This document shows positions 40,735-52,221 of a DNA stretch of 64,000 bases, in pieces (within the stretch, counting starts at the first letter, position 1; each line of letters begins with the position of its first letter). The translations under genes were made by a program, and so were the position numbers. Below the pieces are notes generated by a model. It was not told where the DNA came from. It did not search any database and worked only from the letters and a program-made list of their open reading frames with translations. The stretch is from the NCBI RefSeq assembly GCF_006345805.1, contig NC_043004.1, positions 7,564,001 through 7,628,000 of the forward strand, read 5' to 3'. Source of the DNA: Octopus sinensis (lineage: Eukaryota).

Positions 40735-41047
40735 GGTTGCACGTAAAAAGCACAATCCGTACGTGGCCGATGCCAGTGCCACCTTGACTGGCTTCTGTGC
40801 CGGTGGCATGTAAAAAGCACCATCCGATCATGGTCGATGCCAGCTCCTCTGCCCCCTGTACCAGTGGCACGTAAAAAGCACCCACTACACTCTCGGAGTG
40901 GTTGGCATTAGGAAGGGCACCCAGCTGTAGAAACACTGCCAGATCAGATTGGGGCCCTGGTGCAGCTTCCTGTCTTCCCAGACCCCAGTTGAACCATCCA
41001 ACCCATGCCAGCATGGAAAACTGATGTTAAACGATGATGATGATGAT
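40735..41047 (+). mobile_element. RTE 3' UTR copy
   Basis: Same signature and (GAT)n tail. Confidence 0.8.
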
Positions 41048-41108
41048 ACGAGAATGCTGTGTTGAAATGACTTTACACACAGTTGATCCATTATAAAAAT
41101 GTACTTAC

Positions 41109-41222
41109 TGACAGTAGCTGCAGGACAAACAATAATAATAGCCATGATGACAAGTTTAAACATGCCTTCATTACATTCTGTCCAGCAAGCTCTTGGAAGT
41201 GGGCAGTGACTTGAAATATATT
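41109..41222 (-). CDS. Candidate exon; from ATG 41171 encodes the signal-peptide-like MKACLNLSSWLLLLFVLQLLS
   Basis: AATAATTTAG acceptor, TCA|GTAAGT donor, 114 nt (phase 0/0), open frame. Confidence 0.4.
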
Positions 41223-44200
41223 CTAAATTATTTTCTCCATAAAAACAACAATTTATTCCAGACCCTTCTTCAGACTCTGTTATTTCATCTTCTTCATGCT
41301 GCTTCCTCTAAGACTTTAATCTGTTTCTCCCCCACCCCACCCCACTTCTATGTCATTCTCCTCTTCTCACTTTTTTCTCTTTCTTCTCTTCCCTTCTAAT
41401 TCACTTTTCTCTTTCTCATCCTCTCCCTCCTCATCTCCTTTCTTCTCTCCCATACTTCTTACTGTTCAGAAAATTCCTCACTGATACCCTACAGATTCTA
41501 TTAAGCCAAATTACACAAGAAAAGGGAGTCAGGGAATAATTAAGACCCTGAACATCAGCTGGCACTTTACACAGCAGCAATAAGAAACCCTTTGTGATAA
41601 TAAACCCTCCACATTCACCTACAAATACACACCAGGCAACAAGCCAAAAGGAGAGCCCCTACATGGTCACTTGGCTTGCTAGAGATAGCATCCAAATCTC
41701 CCATAAATCACCTTAACAAAAGAAGGGCATATTTAACAATGTAGTCCCTAGTATTCAAAATAAGAGGACAGCCACAAGTGGATTGCATTTAATCATAGAT
41801 CCACTCAATCAAAACTAACATGGAACAGCAATACCCCCACACACAAGAGGTCCCCAAAAAATGGACCCTTGATATCAGTGAGGAAGGTTATGGGTGACAA
41901 TAATGACAAGGACAGTGGTAGCCACAACAATGATGTCAACATTTAAATTGAAGTATATTGGACTGATTGTGGGGCAATGATGTCAGCCTGGTTGTGGGGC
42001 AGAGTATTTCCTCTCATCGCTCAGTAAACATCACCACCATCATCATCATTAGCAGGTTCTTGGAGGAGTTTATTTGGCTGCTCGTATCTTGTAAGAGAAG
42101 GAGAGAAATGATGAGTAGGAACTCCAAAGAGATAAATAGGGACAATGAGGTTCCCCTGTGCCACCCCTCTTAAGATACAAGGTGAATAGAAGTGGATGGG
42201 TGGTTTGCAAGTTTGGATGGAAACAGACTTGCAATTGGATAGGGTTGAAAGTCATGACTTGGGGCGGGGGGGTAGAGGGATGCCGAAGAGCAGTAGGGTA
42301 GTGATGATGATACAGCTGACCAGATGAGATGGTTAGGTAGGTTGCAGGAGTAGGGAGTAGGCAGGTGGTGTAGTGCATGACGGGGGGGGGGAGTAATCTG
42401 ATTCACTGTTTCTCTCATCCTACTCCAACTCCTATCCACACCCTGGTTCATTTTCCCTCATTAATCTCTCTTAATCACCTTCATTCTCATAATGCCTTGA
42501 ACTAACAAAACCAGCATAGAATAGAGAAGTCTCTTTGATCATACAATGTGCTGGTGGCATAATAACAAAGCAATGGTTGGCGTTAGGAAGAGCATCCATT
42601 TGTTACCATATTTAGGCACCGGCATGGGTGTGTGATAAGAAACTTGCTTCCCCTCTGCATAGTTCTGGGTTCAGTCCCACCATGTGGAACCTTGGGCAAG
42701 TTTCTTCTACTATAGCCTTGGGCTGACCAAAGCCTTGTGAGTGTATTTGGTAGATGGAAACTGAAAGAAGCCTGTCGTATGTGTGTCTTTGTATCTGCCC
42801 CCACCACCACCATTTGACATAGCGTTGGTGTGTTTATGTCCCCCTGACGTAGCAGTTCAGCAAAATAAAAAAAAAAGATACCAGTTGATTCATTTGATCA
42901 AAAATTCTTCAAGGTGGTGCCCCAGCATGGCCACAGTCTAATAACCGAAACAAGTGAAAAATAAAAGGTATTAAACATAGAATATTCCAATGTGACAGGA
43001 TTCTTTGATTTCTCTTGAAGGATAATAACTGTGAATCCAAACTGACTTGGATCCTGGTAACCTGCCTGGTTCTTGCTAGGATGGGAAACAGGTGTGAAGC
43101 GGTGATGATGGTGGCAGTGATGGTTGTAGTGGTGATGGTGATGATGATATCTTCAGTCACATGACCACCACTGACTAGCAACCAGCTTTGCCTCTATTAA
43201 GGATGATGTAGTTCAAGATTTATATTTCATCCAAAATGAGCTGGATGGCCATGGCTGAAATGTCTTGTATTGTTGGCCTTCTCAATCAGGGACAACCCTG
43301 GGCTAAACAACAACAGCTTAAGTTTCCTGCCAATATGAGACATCAATAAGGTGGAAAGCTGGCAGAATCATTAGCATGTGATGAAGATATTTAGCAGCTT
43401 TCATCTGTCTTTGTGTTCTAAGTTCAAATTCCACTGTAGTCGACTTCGCCTTTAATCCTGTTGGGTTCAATGAAATAAGTAGCTTTTTCTGTAAGGGGGT
43501 TGGCACCAAGAAAGCCATCCAGCTGTAAAAACCATGCCAAAAGAGTAAAGCCTGGTACAATCCTCTAGCTTGCCGGCTCCTGTCAGCATGGAAAGTGAAC
43601 ATTCAATGATGATGATGATGATGATGATGATGATTGAGCACTAGGACCAACGTCAGAGACTTACCCCTCCTCCAAACTTGCTGGCATTGTGCCAAAATTG
43701 AAACTTATATAAGACATCAATATTTATTGGAATGAAGACTCATGTCATCACATTTTGATTTATAATATTTTCTTTAAAAAAAAGAAAAAAGAAAACAAAC
43801 CCAACTAAATGATTCTTCTTTGAATCAACTTTTCATAGATTATATCCTGATTTCCTTTAATCAAATCCCATGTTATCTTATAAATGGTTTGCTACCGATC
43901 CTGGTTGATGGCTAGCAATGAACAAACAACATCTCCATGGATTTTCATAGATGGAAAATTATTGATTGTCAAATTTCTTTTATTTGCAAAAATCCTAATG
44001 CTTTCAACACAATTGTGAAATTTCTATAACCCGAAGCCGACATTGCTCTTAATTTTACTGTGGATCTCTTTCTATGTATATCATAAGTATGGCAGAAAAG
44101 AATTATTGACTGAAAACTGGGAAGATGAAGCAAAGAACAAACAGTTTTAGAAGGAGAATAGATTTCAAAGAAACCAAAGAAAGAAAGAAAATTAAAATAA

Positions 44201-44427
44201 ACCCTGTGTTATTTTCTTTCTGTTTCTAAAAAGGATTTCTTGATTTCATCACAAAACAACCGAGACACAAGTGCAGAATAACCGAGATATTTCAAATGAA
44301 AATTGTTTTGTTTATTTATTTTTTATCCTTCATTTTATTATATTTTTAGTTTGGCATTTTTTCTTAGAAATCTTATTGCTGCATCCACAAATCTATAAAT
44401 AAATGTCTTTGTAAACTATTACAGTAC

Positions 44428-44760
44428 ATCATCATCATCATTTAACGTCCGCCTTCCATGCTAGCATGGATTGGATGAATGACTGAGGGCTGACGAACCA
44501 GATGGCTGCACCGGGCTCCAATCTTGATCTGGCAGAGTTTCTACAGCTGGATGCCCTTCCTAATGCCAACCACTCCGAGAGTGTAGTGGGTGCTTTTACA
44601 TGCCACCAGCACGGAGCCAGTCAGGCGGTACTGGCTACGACCTCGCTGGAATCTTTTACACATGCCACCGGCACAGGTGCGAGTAAGGCAACGCTGGTAA
44701 CGATCACGCTCGAATGGTGCTTTTAAGTGCCACTGGCACAGAAAATGGTTAGCCGCTCTG
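44428..44760 (-). mobile_element. RTE 3' UTR copy
   Basis: Reverse-complement signature starting with (CAT)n. Confidence 0.8.
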
Positions 44761-46402
44761 TCAATGATCATACATGCATTAGAAATATTCCTTTCATTCC
44801 CTGTATGTGTGTGTGTGTCTATATATGCATGTATCTATGTGTAAAGGTGCATGGCCTTGTGGTAGGGGTGTTGTGTTCACTGTCACTACATTGTAGGTTC
44901 AATTCCCAGACTGAGTGGTGCATTGTGTTCATGAGCCAAACCCTTCATTTCATGTTGCTCAGTCCACTCAGCTGTAAATGGGTACACCCTGCAACAGACT
45001 AGATTTCCAATCCAGGAGGAATGTTGTCCTGCTCAACCAGCCAACAAAGTGGTATTTGACAGCTAAAAAACAAAAAAACAAAAATCAATGGAAAGCGCAT
45101 TGTGACTAGTGATATATAACAACATCCGATAGTCTGGTCGGTCACATGATCACGTTTGTATATCATCATCATCATCATTTAGCGTCCGCTTTCCATGCTA
45201 GCATGGGTTGGATGGTTCAACTGGGGTCTGTGAAGCCAGAAGGCTGCATCAGGCCCAGTCTCATCTGGCAGTGTTTCTACGGCTGGATGCCCTTCCTAAC
45301 GCCAACCACTCCGTGAGTGTAGTGGGTGCTTTTTACGTACGTATACATGTATGGGTATATGTATGTATAAATGTCTAGATATTGTGTGCTAAATATAATT
45401 GCAGAAACACACACACAAACGGCCGTATGTGTAAGGTGCAGACACAGGAAGGGAGTTGAATGTTGAGTCTTTGGTTCAGATTCTTGATGCATTTTCATTT
45501 GCTGTGTTAAGAGAGGAATTGGAATCATGGAGACAAGTTGCATGTAAACCGAGAGGTGCAGGTCTCATTTGTAACACTTCACATGCAGATACAGGATTAT
45601 CAACCATGCAGTCCACTCTACTGAGTGGTTGGTGTTAGGAAGGGCATCCAGCTGCCAAAACAATCACAGCTGTCTGGTGCAGGCTTCGGCCTGGCCGGCT
45701 CTAGTTGTACCATCCCACCCATGCTAGCATGGAACACAGATGTTAAATGATGATGATGATGATGATGTTAACAGCCTATAGAATGCCATTTGCTCACTCT
45801 TTCAGCTGAGTATCAATAGAAACATGACTATTCTTTTACTCTTTTACTTGTTTCAGTCATTTTGAGTGTGGTCATGCTGGAGCACCGCCTTATGTTCAAG
45901 TTTTCTCTTTTTTTCTATTTTTCATATTTTCTTCTTAGCTTTTTACAGCCAGTTAGGAACAGTGGAGCATCTGAGGTTTGCAGACCTTCTCAGTATCATT
46001 ATCAGGAAATGAATTGAACATATTTGGCATTTGTCTTGTTTCTTATTCACTGATTGAACTCATGTAGACTTTCCCCATCAAAAACTTGTCTTTCTCGGCC
46101 ACCATTGATTCGTTTGCTGCAGTCAAACTATTTTACCATAAAGATTTGTAAAATATTTTTTTGTCAGTAACAATGTACAAATCAACATGTGACTGCTGGC
46201 TTCAGGGAGATGAATCTCATGAAAGAGATGATGAAATGTCTCACTACATGTTGCAGGCGACTGCATCATGTGGAGAGAAATACTGTACTGAAGAAGATCT
46301 GACCAACCCATGCAAGTACGAAAATATGAACATGAATCCTTTTATAAAATATATACATATATAGAACAAGCAAAGTAACTAGTTCTAAAGTCTCTAAACG
46401 AA

Positions 46403-47063
46403 TAACAATACTAGATGGTAATGTTTTTTTTGTCCCTATAATATGGCTGTTTTATAAAGAACTATGTTCCTACATTTTAAGCCCAGGAAAACGTCTTCTT
46501 CAGCTAATTAATGACACACAACCTGTGTTTGATATATTGGAAGTAAGAGAGTGAATCACTCCCCTCCAGCTTGGCAAGACCAGTGACCATGATTTCTTGG
46601 TCTTTACCCTTCATCAGTACTGTACACCTGCCTGCTAGAAATGGTAGTCAATCGTCCCTACTCACAATATATAAACAGAGAGGCGGCAGATAGCCGCTGA
46701 TCCAGTAACGAGCAAATATTCTAAAATATCTAAACGAGATATATGTACTAACAATACTAGATGGTAACATTTTTTTTGCCACTATGATATGGCTGTTGTA
46801 TAAAGAATTCTGTTACTACATTTTAACCTCAGGAAAACGGACACACAACCTGTGTCCGATACTGATGAAAGGTAAAGACCCAGAAACCATGGTCACTGGT
46901 CTTGCCAAGCTAGAGAGGAGTTATTCGCTCCCTTATAGTATACTGGACACAGGTTGTTATTGACCAGCTGGAAAAGACAATTTCCTGGGGTTAAAATGTA
47001 GTGACATAGTTGTTTATAGAACAGCCATGTTGTAGTAGCAAAAAAAAAAAAAAAACGATGCTA
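46403..47063. mobile_element. Cluster of three oppositely oriented PLE-type repeat units, two with hammerhead-like motifs
   Basis: Unit (-) 46403-46622, truncated unit (-) about 46745-46858, unit (+) 46860-47063. Cores at 46580-46622 (-) and 46856-46899 (+): CTGATGA-a-(g/a)ggt[aaag]acc(c/a)-a-GAAA-(c/t)catgg-TC-actgg. Confidence 0.65.
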
Positions 47064-48345
47064 TTAGGTCATAGAGAATGGAATGTCCGATTTTCTTATG
47101 CACCAAGTTTGACAGTCATTAACTCTAATGTTTTATTCTGACAATTCTTTGTTTTACAACATTGAAGAGTTACATCATCACTTTACAAAATGCAATTCAT
47201 GGTGTCTGATTATATTGTGAGTTTTCTCTTGTAAATCAATTTTTCCGAACCCATGGATAGATAAAAAATTTGTGTTGTTTATGAATATGAGTTCCATCAT
47301 GGAACCAATGTATCCCAGACAGCTCGAAACATCAGCAAGATGTTTGGTGACGATGTGACAAATGAGCGCACTGTACATGGATGGTTTGAGAAGTTCCAGT
47401 CTGGTGACTTTACTCTTGAAAATCAGCCCCATGGTAGACCAGAGACCAAGGTGGATAATGATGAGCTGGAAACTGTAGTGGAAGCAGATACATCTCAAAC
47501 TACACCTGAGTTAGCGGCCAGGTTTGATGTTTTGATCCCAATTGCACTGGACCATCTGAAACAAGTCGGCAAGATAAAGAAGCTGGACAAGAGGGTACCA
47601 TACGAATGAAATGAGCATCAAATAACATGTCGTCTTGAAACTTGCTGTTCTTTGCTGTCACAGCATAAAAGTGGACTATTTTGCATCGTATTGTTACATG
47701 TGATGAAAAATGGATTCTTTTCAACAACAGCAGGCATTCTGCACGGTGGTTGGATAGAGATGAAGTGCTAAAACACAATCCAAAAAAGAATATTCACCAA
47801 AAAAAGCTTATAGTGTCTGCTTGGTGGTCCAGCTCTGGTGTCATCCTCTACAGCTTCATAAGATCTGGTAAGTCAATTACAGCGGATGTATACATCAACC
47901 AATTAGAGGAAATGACAAGTGAACTTGCAATTAAACAACCAAGATTGGTCAATAGAGACAGGTCAATTAACTTGCAAGACAATGTTTGATCACATGTTGC
48001 ACAAAGAACACTACTCAAGTTACAGGAACTGAACTTGGAAGTACTGTCATCCACCATATTCACCAGACCTTGCACCAACTGACTATCATGTTTTCCAGGA
48101 ATTGAACAACTTTTTGCAAAGAAGCAACTAAAAATCTGAAGAAGCTGCAAAAACAACCTTTTATGATTTCATCACCTCTAGCTCTCCAGAATTCTTCGCT
48201 GCCGGCATAAATAAGTTACCGATAAAATGGCAAAATTGTGTTGATAATTTAGGTGTATACTTTGATTAACTGCATTGCTTTTTGTCGAGATAAAGTAAAA
48301 TAAACTTTCAGTTCAAAATCAGACATTTCATTCTTAATGACCTGA
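47064..48345 (+). mobile_element. Full-length mariner (Tc1/mariner, DD34D) DNA transposon, decayed
   Basis: 31-bp TIRs (26/31 identical: TTAGGTCATAGAGAATGGAATGTCCGATTTT vs reverse complement of 48315-48345), TA TSD at 47062-47063 and 48346-48347, length 1282 bp. Confidence 0.92.
47253..48269 (+). pseudogene. Mariner transposase pseudogene
   Basis: HTH region (ERTVHGWFEKFQSGDFTLENQPHGRP), IVTCDEKWILFNN, QDNV and HPPYSPDLAPTDYH motifs; interrupted by in-frame stops and frameshifts. Confidence 0.9.
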
Positions 48346-48439
48346 TATATACATACATACATACATACATATATATATATATGTGTGTGTGTGATCATCA
48401 TTTCACGTCACTCTTCCATGCATGGGTAGGACAGAAACA

Positions 48440-49200
48440 GGTGGGGCCCTGTCAATGATACTCAATTTGGTATTGAGGAAGAAAAAATGAGATAAGGGGA
48501 GGTATAGTTTTTCTTATCCTTGTACCCTGCAGTGCATATACTGTGTATACCTTCCCTTGAAGACATTGGTTATCATGGCTGTGTAGTGTCTTGTAATGCC
48601 ATTGGGTGTTGAGAGGGCAGTTGGTAGGATTTCAACAGTTACAGGTTGAGTGTGTATAGGAGGCTGGGCAAGAGTGTGTTTGCATCTGTTGTAGTGTGTG
48701 TTAGAAACAATGTTGTCTAAGCAGGAGTAGCTGACCTTGACATTGGAGATTGAAAAGTTTATAATACTTATGGGTTCCTGGGAAATGTTTTTTAATTAGC
48801 ACCTTGAAGTTCCTATTTATGTTGGCTGAAACTTCTTGATTAAATGAAAGATTGAACAAGATTATCTTTCTCTTTCTGACTCTATTCATATTTGGTAGCA
48901 AGATGCCCTCCATATATGTACCAACTTCTCAGTGAATCCATTCTTTGCAAATGCCTCATAATGGGGTGGGGTGGCCCTGTTGAAAATTTCTCTCTTCACT
49001 GAGAGTGCAGAGGTTCTTCTACTTATGCCTAATTAGGTTCCTAATTACAAACTGATGTCACTAAATCATACCACAGCTTTCAGGCAAAGCAGTGACTGCT
49101 CCCTGCCAACATTATGTCTGACTACATGGACCTAAGCATAAAAAAAAACAATAGTTCATGTCATTTCTAGGACCAATAACACCATGAATGCAACTTGGGT
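48440..49200 (-). mobile_element. Penelope-like element (PLE) ORF remnant, RT C-terminus / linker toward GIY-YIG
   Basis: EIFNRATPPHYEAFAKNGFTEKLV, RKRKIILFNLSFNQEVSANINRNFKVLIKKHFPGTHKYYKLFN, then after a frameshift NVKVSYSCLDNI and a CN...NCPLN Cys motif. Confidence 0.8.
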
Positions 49201-49368
49201 TGACCAATACAAGTCTAACATCTAAACACTGTCTTGAATTTGTTTCCTGTCTTGTTATTCTCTCTCCCTACAGATGCCTGATGAGTTAGATTCATTCTAC
49301 AAACCTTTCAAACTTTAATTTGCATGGAAATGAGTCAAGCTGTTATTAAATAAAATATGTAACACCTA

Positions 49369-49963
49369 AAGATTAGGTAATGAAAATCAAAAGTTACCTG
49401 GTAATCTTTGTGTCGTTTTTTTTTTATTGTTGTTGCTGTTGTTCTTATATCTGTCCAATATTTCAGGACTTAAAACTCCCTTCATCAGGGTTTAACCCTT
49501 TAGTATTTAAACCGGCCATATCCAGCCAAAATATTTAATCTGTTTTATGTTCAAACTGACCAGATCCAGGCTCTCACACCTACCCTACAATGTTATTCTA
49601 CATTAGGTAATTACACCATCAAGATCTTGAAGATATGAGATAATGCATGATTAATTCAAATCAATGGGAATCAATAAGCATTATGTTTGATAGAATAATC
49701 TGAACACTAAAGGGTTAAGGAACTTTCACAGGATAATATTCCAATTTCCATTTAAAAACACTTGAAAACGATTTAAGAAAAAATTTAAATCAAAATCTTA
49801 TCCCAAAGAGAGGAAATTGGAACATTATCCAATGAAAGTTCCTTAAACCCTGACGAAGGGACTTTTAGGTCCCGAAATATTGGACAGATAAAACGACAAC
49901 AATAAAAAAGACAAAATAAAGATTACCAGGTAACTTACTTTTAATTTTCATTACCTCATCTTC
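49369..49963. mobile_element. PLE-type inverted repeat with two hammerhead-like cores, interrupted by a MITE
   Basis: Left arm (49369-49495 plus 49719-49750) is the reverse complement of right arm 49812-49963; cores CTGATGA 49482-49488 (-) and CTGACGA-a-gggac[ttttag]gtccc-GAAA-T-ATT 49850-49881 (+). Confidence 0.7.
49496..49714. mobile_element. 219-bp piggyBac-like MITE
   Basis: TTAA TSD (49492-49495 and 49715-49718), TIR CCCTTTAGT...ACTAAAGGG. Confidence 0.85.
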
Positions 49964-50269
49964 CAGTCCATTTTTGCATTGTTTAGCTTTCTATCTCTTT
50001 CAGCATTTCATATCATATACAATGTTTCAAGCAAACTGCAACATTTTATTATTATTTATAAACTTTTTGTAAAGTGTTGCAGCTGAAAGAGTTGGCTCAG
50101 CTAATGGATTGTGTTTTGAATGTGTTCTCAAATGACCAATAGCAATATCAGACAGATTAGCAGGTGCTGAATTGTACAATCAGAAATAACACGAGAAAAT
50201 AATGTTAATAAACCTCAGTGATGCCCACAGCTATTACTGGAAGATGTGAGCAAATAAGAAAATATATTC

Positions 50270-50665
50270 TCTTCTTTTATTTGTTTCAGTCATTTGACAG
50301 TGACCATGCTGGAGCACCTACTTTGGTCAAACAAATCAACCCCAGGACTTATTCTTTGTAAGCCTAGTACTTATTCTATTGGTCTCTTTTGCCGAACCGG
50401 TAAGTTGCAGGAACGTAAACACACCAACATCGGTTGTCAAGCGATGGTGGTGGTAGGGGGGACAAATACAGACGCACAAACATATACATATCTATATATA
50501 TATACGACAGGCTTCTTTCAGTTTCTGTCTACCAAATCCACTCAAAAGACTTTGGTCCGCCCAAGGCTATGGAAGAAGATACATGCCCAAAGTGCCATGC
50601 AGTGGGACTGAACCTGGAATCATGTAGTTGGTAAGCAAGCTACTTACCACTCCTGTGCCTATGAA
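50270..50665 (-). mobile_element. tRNA-derived SINE (same family as 22186)
   Basis: Reverse-complement copy. Other copies lie at about 42620-42965 (+), 54815-55185 (+) and 62340-62615 (-). Confidence 0.8.
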
Positions 50666-51469
50666 TGTAAACATATAAATAAAAAAAAGGCAATCTTGTT
50701 TTTTGTTTCATTTTCAGTTTGTAACTAAATGTATTTAAGAATTCTTATTATTGTGGTTCATGTAAATATTTTCAATCAGTGATCTTTCATCCCACTAATT
50801 TTAACGAAGAGACAAATAAGGTCATATTGCTATGTAGTGGTTGAAGTAATCATGTGTGGGTGTGTTTAGGTATAGAGGGAGGAAGAGGAGGAGGAGGTGG
50901 TGGTGATATTGAGAACTTGCAGTAATGTGGTAATCAATTTTTTGCAAGCTGAGTTCCTGACCTAATTTTGATTTCCAATTGGAACCAATTCTTTTGAAGA
51001 TCTGAAATTGGCAACTTCCTATTTGAAAAGACATTCAACCTCTTAGAAATAACAGCCAAATCTCCCTCATATTCTACTCTTGCAGAGTTAGGATTGATTT
51101 GCTTCCACAACGGCTTCCGTGCCAGTGGCAATTAAAAGGCACTATTCGAGCGTGATCGTTACCAGCGTCATCTTACTGGCACCTGTAAATTGGCGAGGGT
51201 TGATGACAGGAAGAGCATCCAACCATTGAGAATCTCTCTCAGCGAATTCCATGCGAGTATAGAGAAGTGGGTAATAAACAATGATGATGCTCGAGTTTCC
51301 TGATTATTGTTTTCAGTTTTGGCACAAGGCCAGCACAAAAGGATGAAAGACAAAGTCGACCTCATCAGAATCTGAACGTAAGGTCAATATGCTGCTAAAC
51401 ACTTTGCTCCATGTGCTAACTACTGTACCAGCTCACCACCTTAAGTTTCCTAATTATTCTTTTCTACTC

Positions 51470-51830
51470 TAGGCACAAGGCCTAAAATTGGGGGGGGGGA
51501 GCCGGTCGACTAGATCGACCCCAGTATGCAACTGGTACATAATTTATCGACCCTGAAGGATGAATGGCAAAGTTGACCTCGGCGGAATTTGAACTCAGAA
51601 CGTAAAGACAAGAAATACCTATTTCTTTACTACCCTCAAGGTGCTACACACAGAGCGGATAACCAAGGACAGACATAAGTATTAAGTCGATTATATCGAC
51701 CCCAGTGCATAACTGGTACTTATTTAATTGACCCCGAAAGGATGAAAAGCAAAGTCAACCTCAGTGGAATTTGAACGGCAAACGAAATACCGCTTAGCAT
51801 TTCACCTGCCATGCTAACGTTTCTGCATGA
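51470..51830 (-). mobile_element. Second SINE family, tandem dimer
   Basis: Reverse complement of the 36995-37370 arrangement. Further copies at about 58800-59110 (+), 36710-36930, 39750-39900 (-) and 22900-23040 (-). Confidence 0.75.
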
Positions 51831-52221
51831 ACTTTCCTAATTATTAAACCGCTGTTGTTGTTGTTAATAACAGTTCAGCCCTCATCAACTCTGCTATGAC
51901 ACCCAACCTAATGTCACCTTAACCAAACCATAATGCTTGCATTCATTTGCTAAAAATTTGATCTTTTACATTGGTTCAAGTCCATAAATTATTTTAAAAA
52001 AAAAAAAAAAAGGAGGTGAACTTGTTTTATTGTCCTGAAAGGCATAGCCATCTACAGCAGGATTTGAACACAGAACATATAGATTCATAATACTGCAAGG
52101 TACTTAGTCTAACTCTCTCTTATATGTCAATCACCCTTTTATTAGTTGAAAGAATGTTTCCAACTAGTTTTAAATCTCATTTTAGAAATAAGATATGTCT
52201 TATCATTTTAAGATATAGTTT

